The notes beneath the pieces were generated by a model. It was not told the DNA's origin. It saw nothing but the letters and a program-made list of their open reading frames with translations, and ran no database searches. A stretch of DNA of 63,845 nucleotides, counting the filler. It is 4 parts of 4 records of this genome, joined end to end, with 100 filler letters (N's around TTAATTAATTAA, not from the genome) between each part and the next. Parts side by side here need not be neighbours in the genome. Positions count along the whole stretch, not along the records: positions 1 to 19,185 come from SRR2962707_2169; 3 more parts are not named here. The stretch is one strand, 5' to 3'. The translations under genes and the position numbers were made by a program. This document shows positions 1 through 10,028 of this stretch, piece after piece. Within the stretch, counting starts at the first letter, position 1; each line of letters begins with the position of its first letter.

Positions 1-496
1 GATCCAGGCCGTGTATGTGCCCGCCGACGATTTCACGGATCCGGCCGCGGCTCATATCTTTTCGCATCTTTCAGCCTCGGTGGTCCTGTCGCGCAAGCGG
101 GCGAGCGAGGGGCTCTATCCGGCGGTCGATCCGCTGGCCTCGGCCTCGGTGATGCTGACGCCTTCGGTGGTTGGGCAGCGGCACTATGATATCGCCCGCG
201 CGGTGCGCCGGACTTTGGCCGAGTATGAGGAACTGCGCGATATCATCGCCATGCTCGGACTTGAGGAATTGTCGGCGGCTGACCGGGCTACTGTGGCGCG
301 GGCCCGGCGGCTGGAGCGGTTCCTGACGCAGCCCTTTTTCACCACCGGCTCGTTCAGCGGCATGGAAGGCAAGATGGTGCCGATCGCCGATACGCTGACC
401 GGCTGCGAGACGATTCTCGGGCAAACCCAGTTCGATCTTCCCGAAAGTGCCTATTACATGATCGGCGGTCTGGATGATCTGGAGGCCAGCTCATGA
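1..496 (+). CDS. atpD: F0F1 (N-type) ATP synthase subunit beta, 3' part (truncated by window start)
   Basis: IQAVYVPADDFTDP, YPAVDPLAS and ARRLERFLTQPFF motifs of F1 beta; first gene of the D-C-Q-R-B-E-F-A-G order. Confidence 0.97.
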   Translation, partial: IQAVYVPADDFTDPAAAHIFSHLSASVVLSRKRASEGLYPAVDPLASASVMLTPSVVGQRHYDIARAVRRTLAEYEELRDIIAMLGLEELSAADRATVARARRLERFLTQPFFTTGSFSGMEGKMVPIADTLTGCETILGQTQFDLPESAYYMIGGLDDLEASS

Positions 497-903
497 GCAT
501 GGCATCCGACATGAATGTCATCCTGCGCCTGCCCAATCGTACTCTTTTCGAAGGGCGGGCGACGCGTGTGACGGCGGTTGCCCCCAATGGTGCGTTCGGC
601 ATTTTGCCAAACCATGTTGATTTTGTCACAGCCCTTGTGCCGTCGGTCATGACGCTGCGCCTTGTCGATGGGTCCGAGGAGATCTTCGGTCTCGATGAAG
701 GAATGCTGGTGAAGAAAGGGCATGAATTGGCGGTGTCCGCCATGCGCGGGGTTCATGGTGATGATCTCGACAGCTTGCAGGACACCGTGGAGGCGAGTTT
801 CATTCAGATGGATGAGGACGAGCGTCAGGCGCGGTCCGCCTTGTCGCGGCTTGAGGCAGACATGGTTCGGCGCTTTGCCGAACTGCGGAAGCCGCAGCAA
901 TGA
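493..903 (+). CDS. atpC: N-ATPase subunit epsilon
   Basis: GAFGILPNHVDFVTAL epsilon motif; ATGA overlap with atpD stop. Confidence 0.93.
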   Translation: MSMASDMNVILRLPNRTLFEGRATRVTAVAPNGAFGILPNHVDFVTALVPSVMTLRLVDGSEEIFGLDEGMLVKKGHELAVSAMRGVHGDDLDSLQDTVEASFIQMDEDERQARSALSRLEADMVRRFAELRKPQQ

Positions 904-1187
904 CGTCAGAACCCGACAAACCCACCGAGGAAATCGGCCGCCACGCCAAGCGGATGAAAACGACGCGCGAAAATCCCGGTCCGAGCCCGCTTATGGGCAT
1001 CAGCACCTTCGGGATGATCGGCTGGTCCATCGCAGTGCCGACGGTTGGCGGGGCGCTTCTGGGAATCTGGCTCGACCGGGTGGCGCCTCAAAGGTTTTCG
1101 TGGACCATTACGCTGATCCTGGGAGGCGTCATTCTGGGGGCGTTCATCGCCGGGACCTGGATCAACAAGGAGGGAGGGCGCAAATGA
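900..1187 (+). CDS. atpQ: N-ATPase AtpQ (AtpZ/AtpI-like, 2 TM)
   Basis: FGMIGWSIAVPTVGGALLGIWLD motif; operon position. Confidence 0.88.
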   Translation: MTSEPDKPTEEIGRHAKRMKTTRENPGPSPLMGISTFGMIGWSIAVPTVGGALLGIWLDRVAPQRFSWTITLILGGVILGAFIAGTWINKEGGRK

Positions 1188-1483
1188 TAGTCGTTGATTG
1201 GACAGCCGTGATCCTGGGGTTAGGCGTTGGTACGGTTATGGGAATAGTCTTCTTCGTCGGCTTGGCTGTCGGCATCCGGCGCGCATTGCGTACCAAAGCC
1301 CCCATTGGAATACTGACACTGAGCGCCGGGGTACGGCTCGCAGCTTTCCTTGGCATTGGTTGGGTCGTTGTCAGTCAAGCCGGGCCGTGGGCTGGGCTCG
1401 GCTATGGCATAGCGTTCCTTATCGTTCGGTTTGTCGCCACGACACTTGCCCGCAGTGAAACAGCCACGGGGGATGCGCCATGA
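1184..1483 (+). CDS. atpR: N-ATPase AtpR membrane subunit (99 aa)
   Basis: Internal ATG at 1184 of ORF 722-1483, overlapping atpQ stop; three hydrophobic segments with intramembrane Arg (GVRLAA, IVRFV); lies between atpQ and atpB. Confidence 0.82.
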   Translation: MIVVDWTAVILGLGVGTVMGIVFFVGLAVGIRRALRTKAPIGILTLSAGVRLAAFLGIGWVVVSQAGPWAGLGYGIAFLIVRFVATTLARSETATGDAP

Positions 1484-2175
1484 ACCTGTCACCCGATCAG
1501 ACAATCATGTTCGAGATTTGGGGCATCCCGATCAACGTAACCATTTTCTACACCTGGGTCGTGATGGCGGTTCTTACGGGTGTCTCGATGCTGATCACCC
1601 GCAACCTCCGTCCGGATGTACCGCCCAACCGCTGGCGGACAATGCTGGAAGTCATCCTGCAGGGCATTCAGGGACAGATCCAGGAAATCGCTCCGGGGCC
1701 CTCACGGAACTTGCTCTATTTCTCGGGAACACTGTTCCTCTATGTCGCCATGTCAAATCTGATGCTGGTTGTTCCGGGGTTCGAGCCGCCGACATCCTCC
1801 CTGTCGACGACCACCGCGCTGGCGCTTTCCGTTGTGCTTGCCGTGCCGCTGTTCGGCATTATCAGCCGGGGACTGGGCGGCTATCTCAAAACCTATCTGG
1901 AGCCTTCCTTCATTATGCTCCCGTTCAACATCATTTCGGAATTCACACGGGCGATCTCGCTCGCGATGCGCCTTTACGGCAACATCATGAGCGGAGCCGT
2001 AATCGGGGTCATCTTGCTCAGTGTGGTGCCGTTCTTTTTCCCCGTGGTGATGGATTTGCTCGGTCTTCTGACCGGGATGATCCAAGCCTACATCTTTGCA
2101 ATTCTGGCGACGGTCTACATCTCCGCCGCCACCGCTCCTCAAAAATCCTTGCAGCCTGAAAGGGATACCCCATGA
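1480..2175 (+). CDS. atpB: F0 subunit a
   Basis: SLAMRLYGNIMSG (conserved Arg) and IQAYIFAILATVYI motifs. Confidence 0.97.
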   Translation: MNLSPDQTIMFEIWGIPINVTIFYTWVVMAVLTGVSMLITRNLRPDVPPNRWRTMLEVILQGIQGQIQEIAPGPSRNLLYFSGTLFLYVAMSNLMLVVPGFEPPTSSLSTTTALALSVVLAVPLFGIISRGLGGYLKTYLEPSFIMLPFNIISEFTRAISLAMRLYGNIMSGAVIGVILLSVVPFFFPVVMDLLGLLTGMIQAYIFAILATVYISAATAPQKSLQPERDTP

Positions 2176-2459
2176 CAGACCTTGGCATCATTGCCGCAAT
2201 TTCCATCTTTACAGCCGGGCTCACCGTGTCATTCGGCGCCATCGGTCCTGCACTTGGTGAAGGGCGCACCGCTGCAACGGCACTCACCGCGATCGCGCAG
2301 CAGCCCGATGCCGCTTCGACCATTTCGCGGACCCTGTTCGTCAGCCTGGCGATGATCGAGTCGACCGCGATCTACTGTTTTGTCGTCGCCATGATCCTGA
2401 TTTTCGCCAACCCTTTCTGGACCGCTGCTTTGGAAGCGGCAAAGACCGCAGGCAACTGA
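2172..2459 (+). CDS. atpE: F0 subunit c, N-ATPase Na+-type
   Basis: GPALGEG in helix 1, QQP loop, ESTAIY in helix 2. Confidence 0.97.
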   Translation: MTDLGIIAAISIFTAGLTVSFGAIGPALGEGRTAATALTAIAQQPDAASTISRTLFVSLAMIESTAIYCFVVAMILIFANPFWTAALEAAKTAGN

Positions 2460-2462
2460 CCC

Positions 2463-3233
2463 ATGTCCATCGACTGGATCACAGTGGCTGCCCAGATCGG
2501 CAATTTTCTGGTGCTGGTCTGGCTTCTCAAGCGGTTTTTCTATCGCCCCATCCTAGATGGCATCGATGCACGCGAGGCAGAGATTGCGGACAGGATGAAA
2601 GCTGCCGTGCTTGCCAAGCAAGCGGCGGAAACCGTCGAGGCGGATTACCACGAAAAGGTTCGGGCTCTGCATGTCGCGCAATCCGAAATGGCTGAAACAA
2701 TCAGACAAAAGGCCGAAGAACAGCGTGACGCTCTTCTGGCTGATGCGCGTGAACGGATGGACCAGGAATATGTAACGTGGACAGCGCATCTTGACGAGGA
2801 AACGCACAAATTCACCACCGCGATGCATCAGGCGGGGGGGCGTGCGCTGTTGTCACTCATGCGCAAGGCCTTGAGTGATCTGGCCGAGCAAAAGCTGGAA
2901 GGGCAGATGGCACATCATCTGGCCGAACAGATCAAGTCGACCGCCACAGATTTGCGTCACACTGCGGGCCAACCCGCAAGCGCTGTGGTAACCAGTCACG
3001 AAACGCTTTTGCCGTCAGCACAGGACGAACTGACAGCTGAATTGCGGGCGGTTTTCCCTGAGATCGCCGTGCGTTTCGAGACTGATGAAAAGCAATCTCC
3101 TGGTCTGGTTTTGCGCATGGGCGGAGCGGAGCTGGCCTGGACCGTTGATTCCTATGTCGATGGTCTTGGTGCCGTGATCGCGGATCAGTTGAGCAAGGCA
3201 AGCCTACCGGAAGTGCGGCGCCATGAGCACTGA
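2463..3233 (+). CDS. atpF: F0 subunit b, extended (b/delta-like C-terminus typical of N-ATPases)
   Basis: [29 protein letters not shown]-terminus, coiled coil, 256 aa; no separate atpH in the operon. Confidence 0.92.
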   Translation: MSIDWITVAAQIGNFLVLVWLLKRFFYRPILDGIDAREAEIADRMKAAVLAKQAAETVEADYHEKVRALHVAQSEMAETIRQKAEEQRDALLADARERMDQEYVTWTAHLDEETHKFTTAMHQAGGRALLSLMRKALSDLAEQKLEGQMAHHLAEQIKSTATDLRHTAGQPASAVVTSHETLLPSAQDELTAELRAVFPEIAVRFETDEKQSPGLVLRMGGAELAWTVDSYVDGLGAVIADQLSKASLPEVRRHEH

Positions 3234-4761
3234 AGCCCGCCGAATGGAAACCAGCCCTGAAACAGTCTTGAAGGCTCTTCTGGCGACCCCGTCTCCCGGC
3301 CCTCAATTGAGCGAGATCGGATCGGTGGCGGAAGTCGGTGACGGGATCGCCATTGTTACCGGGTTGGAGCGCGCCTTGTCTGACGAGTTGCTTCAATTCG
3401 CCAGTGGTGTGCAGGGCATCGTTCTTGATCTGGAGCCAGGGCGGCTGGGAGTTGTCCTTCTGGGACCGTCTGACCGTGTAACCGTGGGAGAGAGCGTCAT
3501 GCGCTCGCACAAGGTTGTCAGTGCGAAGGTTGGGCATACCCTTTTGGGTCGTGTTGTGGACGCACTTGGCAACCCGCTGGACAGCAACGGAGAAATCAAG
3601 TCGGAGACCACCCGTCCCGTTGAGATGGATGCGCCGAAAATTCTCGACCGGCAGGCCATTTCGCGTCCTCTGGCGACGGGCATCAAGGTGGTAGATGCAG
3701 CCGTACCCGTTGGTCTGGGGCAACGCCAGCTGGTGATCGGCGACCGGCAGACCGGCAAGACGTCGCTGGCCGTGGATGCAATCCTCAATCAGAAATCCAG
3801 CGATCTCATTTGTATCTATTGCGCTATCGGGCAACGTGGCGACGCTGTGGCCAAGGTGGTCGGGGCCATTCGCGATGGTGGGATGATGAAGCGCAGCATT
3901 ATCATGTCCGCTGGAGATGAAGATGCTGCCGGTCTTGCCTATGTCGCACCCTACGCAGCACTGACGATGGCCGAACATTTTTCTGCTGAGGGCCGGGATG
4001 TTCTGGTGGTGCTGGATGATCTCACCCATCACGCCCGGTCCTACCGTGAGCTCTCGCTGCTGTTGCGGCGGCCTCCGGGGAGGGAAGCCTTTCCCGGCGA
4101 TATCTTCTACATCCATGCCCGGCTGCTCGAACGCGCAGGTCAGTTTACGCAAAAAGCCGGCGGCGGCTCGATCACCGTGCTTCCGGTCGTAGAGACGCAG
4201 GCCGAGAACCTGTCTGCCTATATTCCGACCAACCTGATTTCGATCACTGACGGGCAGATCTATCTGTCGCCTCGTCTTGTGCGCAAGAACCAGTTTCCCG
4301 CCGTCGATCTGGGCGTGTCGGTTTCGCGCGTGGGTGGCAAGGCGCAAAGCAAAGCCTTCCGGTCTGTGGCCGGCAATCTTCGTGTGACCCTGTCGCAATT
4401 TGAGGAACTGGAGGATTTCGCCCGTTTCGGCACCCGGCTGGACGACGCGACCCGTGCGCGGCTGACACGGGGCGCTGCGGTCAGGGCGTCGCTGCGGCAA
4501 GCCGAGCGAGATCCGATTCCGGCGATCGAGCAGCTCGCTGTTCTGGTCTCGGCCATGGATGGAGGCTTTGACGGCTTGAGTGAGGCCGATACCTTCCGGG
4601 TCATGACGGCCATCAGAACGGCCGCCGCGCGTGAGTTGGACGATGTTGCAAAGCGGATTTCGCAAAATGCAGCCATTGATGACGATGACCGCAAGCGGAT
4701 GATCGGGTTCGGACAAATCGCGCGCCGTGCCCTGGAGGAGCAAGATGGCGCAAACCCTTGA
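3223..4761 (+). CDS. atpA: F1 subunit alpha
   Basis: GDRQTGKT Walker [25 protein letters not shown]. Confidence 0.98.
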   Translation: MSTEARRMETSPETVLKALLATPSPGPQLSEIGSVAEVGDGIAIVTGLERALSDELLQFASGVQGIVLDLEPGRLGVVLLGPSDRVTVGESVMRSHKVVSAKVGHTLLGRVVDALGNPLDSNGEIKSETTRPVEMDAPKILDRQAISRPLATGIKVVDAAVPVGLGQRQLVIGDRQTGKTSLAVDAILNQKSSDLICIYCAIGQRGDAVAKVVGAIRDGGMMKRSIIMSAGDEDAAGLAYVAPYAALTMAEHFSAEGRDVLVVLDDLTHHARSYRELSLLLRRPPGREAFPGDIFYIHARLLERAGQFTQKAGGGSITVLPVVETQAENLSAYIPTNLISITDGQIYLSPRLVRKNQFPAVDLGVSVSRVGGKAQSKAFRSVAGNLRVTLSQFEELEDFARFGTRLDDATRARLTRGAAVRASLRQAERDPIPAIEQLAVLVSAMDGGFDGLSEADTFRVMTAIRTAAARELDDVAKRISQNAAIDDDDRKRMIGFGQIARRALEEQDGANP

Positions 4762-5638
4762 TACTCTGGTTCGGCGCACAGCAAGCATACAAGGCATTCG
4801 AAGCGTTGTTCACACGATGAAGACCTTGTCGGTCATCAATGCCGCTCCTTACGAACACGCAGCCTTGGCCATCGAAGCCTATCATCAAACGGTTCTGGAC
4901 GGGCTGCATGCCTTCCTGTCCGGGACCGGTGCAATGGATGCGGCCTCCCCCGACATTGCCAAGCGTGTCCTTGTTGTTTTTGGCTCCGATCACGGTCTGT
5001 GCGGAAATTACAATGAAGCGATTGCCGCACATGTGAGGCAACATGTCGACAAAGACCCCGGCGACGCCACGACCGTGCTCTGCATTGGTGCTCAAATGGC
5101 GGATGCCTTGCAGGATCAAGGCTTCGATGTCGAGAAGACATTCTTTCCTGCCGCGTCCGTCGATGGCCTGGAACGGCTCGCAAATCTTCTGACAGAGCGG
5201 CTTGGCCAGATCAGCCGTGCCAGCCATCCACGTGAAATCGCCGTGTCCCTTGCCTATTCCGCGCGCGGAGAGGCGGACGTCCCGACACTCAGGATCGCGG
5301 CCCTGTTGCCGCTTGATCCGTCTCTCATGCACGATCTTCGCACAAGGCCCTGGGATTCGCGAAGCCTGCCCTTTTATTCAATGCCGCCCGATGATCTGTT
5401 CAGGGCGCTGATCCGCAGTCATCTGTTTGCAAGCATGTTCCGGGCTGCTGCCGAGGCCATGGTCACCGAAAACGCCGCACGCCTCGCGCTGATGCAGCAG
5501 GCTGAACAATCGGTCGATGACAGGCTGGAAGAACTCAAGTCCGACACGCGATTGGTCCGCCAGACTGAAATCACCACCGAGCTTCTCGATGTGATCATCG
5601 GCTTCGAAGCTCTGAAAAAGAAAAAGCCCGCCGGGTAA
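4745..5638 (+). CDS. atpG: F1 subunit gamma
   Basis: [23 protein letters not shown] and [13 protein letters not shown] motifs; ATG at 4745 overlaps atpA end. Confidence 0.95.
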   Translation: MAQTLDTLVRRTASIQGIRSVVHTMKTLSVINAAPYEHAALAIEAYHQTVLDGLHAFLSGTGAMDAASPDIAKRVLVVFGSDHGLCGNYNEAIAAHVRQHVDKDPGDATTVLCIGAQMADALQDQGFDVEKTFFPAASVDGLERLANLLTERLGQISRASHPREIAVSLAYSARGEADVPTLRIAALLPLDPSLMHDLRTRPWDSRSLPFYSMPPDDLFRALIRSHLFASMFRAAAEAMVTENAARLALMQQAEQSVDDRLEELKSDTRLVRQTEITTELLDVIIGFEALKKKKPAG

Positions 5639-5645
5639 GCGGGCT
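5615..5645 (-). terminator. Intrinsic terminator for the Crp/Fnr gene, embedded in the atpG 3' end
   Basis: Stem AGCCCGC (5625-5631)/GCGGGCT (5639-5645) followed on the minus strand by TTTTCTTTTT. Confidence 0.6.
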
Positions 5646-5725
5646 CCTGGAGCGGCGGTCTGTTGTCAGCTCATCACCAACCCGAAAACAGAGCGAAAAG
5701 AATTTCTGCTGTCACTTGCTGACCA

Positions 5726-6538
5726 TCAGGCAAAGCGAGGATTGCCCCGCGTTGCAGTATCTATGCCGGTTTCTGTACAGATCCGGTATTTTTCAGGGTT
5801 TGCAAGGTCAATGCGGCCTTTGCGTTTGAGTTCGCTGAATGTGCGGCTGACTGTTTCTGCTGACAGGCCGAGGTGGTCCGCGATGTCACGGCGGCACATG
5901 GGCAGGGTGATGTACCCGGTTGTCGGCCTTGAGGACGCAAACTCATACAGGAAGTTGAACAGGCGCTCAGACGCCTTGGCGCTGACCATCGATAGCAATT
6001 GCCGCTCGCGATTTTTCAGCTGATCGCAGACGTGCGCCCTGATTTCGTCCCGCAATGTGGAGTCGGATGCGAGGGCCTGCTTCATCTGCGCATGGGTAAT
6101 CGACTTCACGATGACATGGTCGACGGCCTCCGCAGTGAAATGCCAGCTGTCGATGTCCGAAATTCCGACAAATTCGCCCTTCTTTGCAAAGCGGAAAATT
6201 TGCCGTGCCCCCTCCGGGCTGAAAGCGCAACACCGGACGACTCCCGAGACAACAAGATGAAATTCTTTGATCGGTTCGCCGTGCAGCAATATCGTTGTAT
6301 TTGGCTGAAAATGATGTTGGAAGGATCTGGTTTCAAAAAGAGAGAAAAGCTTTTCGCGATGATGGCTGTCAGTCGTTTTGCGCCTTTCTGATTCCGTCGG
6401 AGAGAGGTTTCCGAAACTTGATCGCGGATTTATCTGAAATACATTTCCCGCATCTGTTTTTTGCTTCAGGGCCGGGTTCACTTCGGAAAATGAAATGTCT
6501 GTCGTCGAAACCGTTGCGCTTGGCGTTGTCACGGCCAC
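5726..6538 (-). CDS. Crp/Fnr-family regulator, FixK-like (no N-terminal Fe-S Cys cluster); start uncertain
   Basis: cNMP-binding-like domain (LVVSGVVR..GARQIFRF..GEFVG) and HTH LPMCRRDIADHLGLSAETVSR with the FNR/FixK ExxSR recognition helix. Confidence 0.9.
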   Translation of the reverse strand: MAVTTPSATVSTTDISFSEVNPALKQKTDAGNVFQINPRSSFGNLSPTESERRKTTDSHHREKLFSLFETRSFQHHFQPNTTILLHGEPIKEFHLVVSGVVRCCAFSPEGARQIFRFAKKGEFVGISDIDSWHFTAEAVDHVIVKSITHAQMKQALASDSTLRDEIRAHVCDQLKNRERQLLSMVSAKASERLFNFLYEFASSRPTTGYITLPMCRRDIADHLGLSAETVSRTFSELKRKGRIDLANPEKYRICTETGIDTATRGNPRFA

Positions 6539-6728
6539 ACTCCTGATCTTATGACGGTGCTTTATGTGAGTTCAATCGAAGCTTGACGGCATTTGCCAAT
6601 GGGCCTGGCCGTCCTTGTCGCTATGCAACTCGGTTCTGTTCGATACCAACTCGACGGTCCGGAATGTGAAAACGCGGCATCCCGCTCACCGTCGTTGGCA
6701 TATTTCTGTTTACGGATGGAACGAACAA

Positions 6729-6754
6729 GCCGCCTTGATGTGCATCAAGGCGGC
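6729..6754. promoter_or_regulatory. Perfect FNR/FixK box (TTGAT-GTGC-ATCAA, 6735-6748) inside a 26-bp inverted repeat
   Basis: GCCGCCTTGATG-TG-CATCAAGGCGGC, about 200 bp upstream of the FixK-like gene. Confidence 0.75.
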
Positions 6755-7068
6755 AAATTTTTTGGCCTCGCAATGGGGCCTCGGATTTCAGCGCAAGAAG
6801 CGTGACAGCGTGACCGACGATGAGTTCAAGGCAGTTGCCGGGCCTGTGCTCGTGCGCCGGGCGGCCTGACGTTTATCGCGTCAAGTGAACCCATTTGAAT
6901 AATGGCGGACGTCAACATTCTCAGTATCAAGGCACTGCGTATGCTCGGGCGAGGGCCGTTTTTGGTCAAGGCAGCAAAAGCGCACAGGATCAGATCAAGA
7001 CTGCCCATCTATTCTTCGATTGGAAAGATTGCCCCGCCGTGCATTTCCATATCTCGCTGTGCAGTTAC

Positions 7069-7752
7069 TCACACCACTTCAACAGTAAGCGGTTCAAGCC
7101 CTTCAATCCTGGCCACCATCAAGTCACCTTTGTGGACAGGGCCGACACCTGCCGGTGTGCCCGACATGATGATGTCACCGGGCTGAAGTTCGAAATACTC
7201 GGAGAGATACGAAATCATCTCGGGGACTTTCCAGATCATTTGATCGAGGTCGCCTTCCTGCTTGATCTCGCCATTGACCAGGAGCTCCACCCGCCCATTC
7301 GCAGGGTGACCTACCTGGGACACGGTCTGTAATGGTCCGATTGGTCCGGAGCGTTCAAAAGCCTTTCCGATTTCCCATGGGCGGCCTTTTTTCTTGGCTT
7401 CGCCTTGCAGGTCGCGCCGTGTCATGTCCAGACACGGCGCGTAGCCGTACACATGGTCAAGCGCATCGGCGACCGGAATGTGTGTTCCACCGGTCTTCAG
7501 GGCAACCGCCATTTCGATCTCGTAATGGACATCCGATGTCTGGTTTGGATAAGGGAATTGGCCCGACGCATCCAGATTGTCCGGGTTCTTCTGAAAAAAG
7601 AACGGCGGGTCCCGATCCGGATCATCCCCCATTTCAATGGAGTGGGCGGCGTAATTGCGGCCTATGCAATAGACGCGCCTCACCGGAAATTCCCCACCGC
7701 CAAGCACTGGAATTGCAGGAATTTTCGGAGCAGGAATGACAAATTCGGGCAT
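7069..7752 (-). CDS. Fumarylacetoacetate hydrolase family protein (FAHD1/fumarylpyruvate hydrolase-like)
   Basis: RVYCIGRNYAAH, HYEIE, DMTRRDLQ, WEIGK, GTPAGVG motifs. Confidence 0.95.
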   Translation of the reverse strand: MPEFVIPAPKIPAIPVLGGGEFPVRRVYCIGRNYAAHSIEMGDDPDRDPPFFFQKNPDNLDASGQFPYPNQTSDVHYEIEMAVALKTGGTHIPVADALDHVYGYAPCLDMTRRDLQGEAKKKGRPWEIGKAFERSGPIGPLQTVSQVGHPANGRVELLVNGEIKQEGDLDQMIWKVPEMISYLSEYFELQPGDIIMSGTPAGVGPVHKGDLMVARIEGLEPLTVEVV

Positions 7753-8088
7753 TGAGGTCGCTCATCTGAATTGTGGAGTGTTGTCGGCATATTGCACGAT
7801 TCATTGAAAAACAAACGCGCGATCGCGAATGGCTGAATGTTCAGCCTGCACGCGATTATGGCCGCGGGAGGGGCCCATCCCTGAAATTCGCAGCTTACCC
7901 GCCATCCGAACTGCACAGGCTTGAGTCGGTCTGATGAAAAGCGGATGCTGCGGGGCGTCGATTGGTGATGCTTTTGAAGATCGCCGACGGGTTGTAATAC
8001 CTCTTTGCAATGTGAATTTCGAGTGGATGTCAGTTTGAAAAAATCAACAATAATAATGGCATACATACCAGGTAGATGTTCCATCATG

Positions 8089-8117
8089 GTTCAGTTTGGA
8101 GTCGTTCTAAACTGAAC
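8089..8117. promoter_or_regulatory. Irr-binding iron control element (ICE) in an extended inverted repeat
   Basis: TTTGGAG-TCG-TTCTAAA (8095-8111) versus consensus TTTRGAA-N3-TTCYAAA, flanked by GTTCAG/CTGAAC; directly upstream of the iron cluster. Confidence 0.72.
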
Positions 8118-8176
8118 TGTTTGACTCCACTTTCCATATACATTACCGAAATACTCATGTTTGAATGAGCGGGGAA

Positions 8177-8710
8177 ATGATGGCCGGAATGGAACACGAT
8201 GATTGCGCGGATTGTCCTGCTGCGGCGTATTTGCGCCAGCCGCCGGAGAACCTGGTCGTCAACGGCTATCGCAACTGGATCGCGGGCCTGGCCCATTCCG
8301 ATTCACGCTATTGGGATGCCGCCTGGTCAGCTCACGCGAAAGCGCTTGGCGCAATCAATGGACAAGTGGCTCTCGACGCCATGGCCTCCCTTGTCCGTCA
8401 GCTTGGCGCCTGCGCAACATGTCCGCTGCGGTTCTACAAGCCCGGTGCCGGCCATTTGTGCCGCGACGAGTGTCTGGTGCTTGGCATGGTGGCAGGCGCG
8501 CAGCATGGAGATGAAGATCTTCTGGTGCAGTCCGCGAAACTGCTGACCTGTTCCGATGCATGTGTCGAGGTGATTGAAAGCGCCAGCACCTACGCCGCAA
8601 TCCTGCTTGGCCACAGCCAAAGGCTTGCCCCGATCCCGCTCAGCGCCATCGCCGACATCGACATGAGGTCCACTTTTGCCGCAAATCCGGCAAGTGGTTC
8701 GATTCACTGA
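8177..8710 (+). CDS. Cys-rich hypothetical protein heading the iron cluster
   Basis: ORF 8165-8710 with GGGGA RBS before ATG 8177; CADC, CATC, HLCRDEC and C-x3-C; ends 33 bp before the probable imelysin start. Confidence 0.75.
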   Translation: MMAGMEHDDCADCPAAAYLRQPPENLVVNGYRNWIAGLAHSDSRYWDAAWSAHAKALGAINGQVALDAMASLVRQLGACATCPLRFYKPGAGHLCRDECLVLGMVAGAQHGDEDLLVQSAKLLTCSDACVEVIESASTYAAILLGHSQRLAPIPLSAIADIDMRSTFAANPASGSIH

Positions 8711-8743
8711 ATGAAATTAAAGCAAAACGAGGTATCCCCGATC

Positions 8744-10018
8744 ATGAACCGCATCGCACATTTACTTGCATTTGGCCTTGCCGCTTCGACCGCCATGACC
8801 ACTGTGGCTGTAGCCGAAGTCACGCCGGAAGCTGTTATCGCGCATTACGTTGATATCGCGGAAGCCAAATACAGCGATGCCCTGCAGACCGCCAAGGCGC
8901 TCGATGCAGCTATCGAGAACCTGCTCGCAAACCCGACGGATGAGTCACTGCAGGCTGCAAAGGCCGCTTGGCTTGCCGCCCGCGTGCCCTATCAGCAGAC
9001 CGAGGTCTATCGCTTCGGAAATGCGATTGTTGATGACTGGGAAGGCCGGGTTAACGCCTGGCCGCTTGACGAAGGTCTGATCGATTACGTCGATGCGAGC
9101 TATGGCTCCGAAAGCGACGAGAACTCGCTCTTCAGTGCAAATGTGGTCGCCAACCCATCCATCGAGATCAATGGCAAGACCGTTGATGCAACCAGCATCA
9201 CGCCTGAGTTCATCTCCGGAACGCTTCAGGAAGCAGGTGGTATCGAAGCCAATGTTGCTTCGGGCTATCATGCCATCGAATTCATGCTTTGGGGCCAGGA
9301 CCTCAATGGAAATGGTCCCGGCGCCGGCAGCCGCCCGGTGACAGATTACAGTCTTGAAAACTGCACCAATGGCAACTGCGAGCGCCGCCGTGACTATCTT
9401 GGAGCGGCGAGTGACTTGCTGGTGGCTGATCTTGAAGAGATGGCTGCCAACTGGAAAGAAGGCGGCGCTGCGCGGTTGGCCGTCGAGGAAAGCGGCGTGG
9501 CCGGAGGCTTGTCGACAATCCTCACCGGTATGGGGTCGCTGTCTTATGGTGAACTGGCTGGCGAACGCATGAAGCTTGGCCTGTTGCTAGGTGATCCTGA
9601 AGAAGAGCACGACTGCTTTTCCGACAATACCCACAATTCACATCGCTACGACGCCGTCGGCATTCGCACAGCCTATACCGGCGTCTACACAAGGCCCGAT
9701 GGAACAGACATGACGGGCCCGTCGCTTGCCGATCTGCTGGCCGCCAAAGATCCTGCCATTGCAGGGGAGCTTTCTGGTGATCTCGATGCCACGGTCACCG
9801 CCATGGAAGCGATGGTCGATCGCGCGGAGAAGGTCGAAGCCTATGATCAGATGATTGCTGTTGGCAATGATGAGGGCAATGCAACGGTTCAGGCCGCGAT
9901 TGATGGCCTGATCACCCAGACACGTTCGATCGAACGCGCCATCGCCGCACTGGAACTTGGCACGATTGAATTGGAAGGGTCTGACAGCCTCGACAGCCCT
10001 GACGCAGTTTTCCAGTAA
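8744..10018 (+). CDS. Imelysin (peptidase M75)/IrpA-IcmP-like periplasmic iron-binding protein
   Basis: Signal peptide; VNAWPLDEGLIDYV, GYHAIE (GxHxxE), EEEHDCFSDNT; GAGG RBS before 8744. Confidence 0.93.
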   Translation: MNRIAHLLAFGLAASTAMTTVAVAEVTPEAVIAHYVDIAEAKYSDALQTAKALDAAIENLLANPTDESLQAAKAAWLAARVPYQQTEVYRFGNAIVDDWEGRVNAWPLDEGLIDYVDASYGSESDENSLFSANVVANPSIEINGKTVDATSITPEFISGTLQEAGGIEANVASGYHAIEFMLWGQDLNGNGPGAGSRPVTDYSLENCTNGNCERRRDYLGAASDLLVADLEEMAANWKEGGAARLAVEESGVAGGLSTILTGMGSLSYGELAGERMKLGLLLGDPEEEHDCFSDNTHNSHRYDAVGIRTAYTGVYTRPDGTDMTGPSLADLLAAKDPAIAGELSGDLDATVTAMEAMVDRAEKVEAYDQMIAVGNDEGNATVQAAIDGLITQTRSIERAIAALELGTIELEGSDSLDSPDAVFQ

Positions 10019-10028
10019 GAGCACGGCC

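Noticed and set aside
722-1183. N-terminal 154 codons of ORF 722-1483
   Set aside because: Overlap atpC and atpQ in another frame; only the part from ATG 1184 is atpR
2932-4797. 621-aa antisense ORF, and similar long antisense ORFs over icpA-like, cheA and mmsA genes
   Set aside because: Shadow ORFs of GC-rich coding sequence with no motifs
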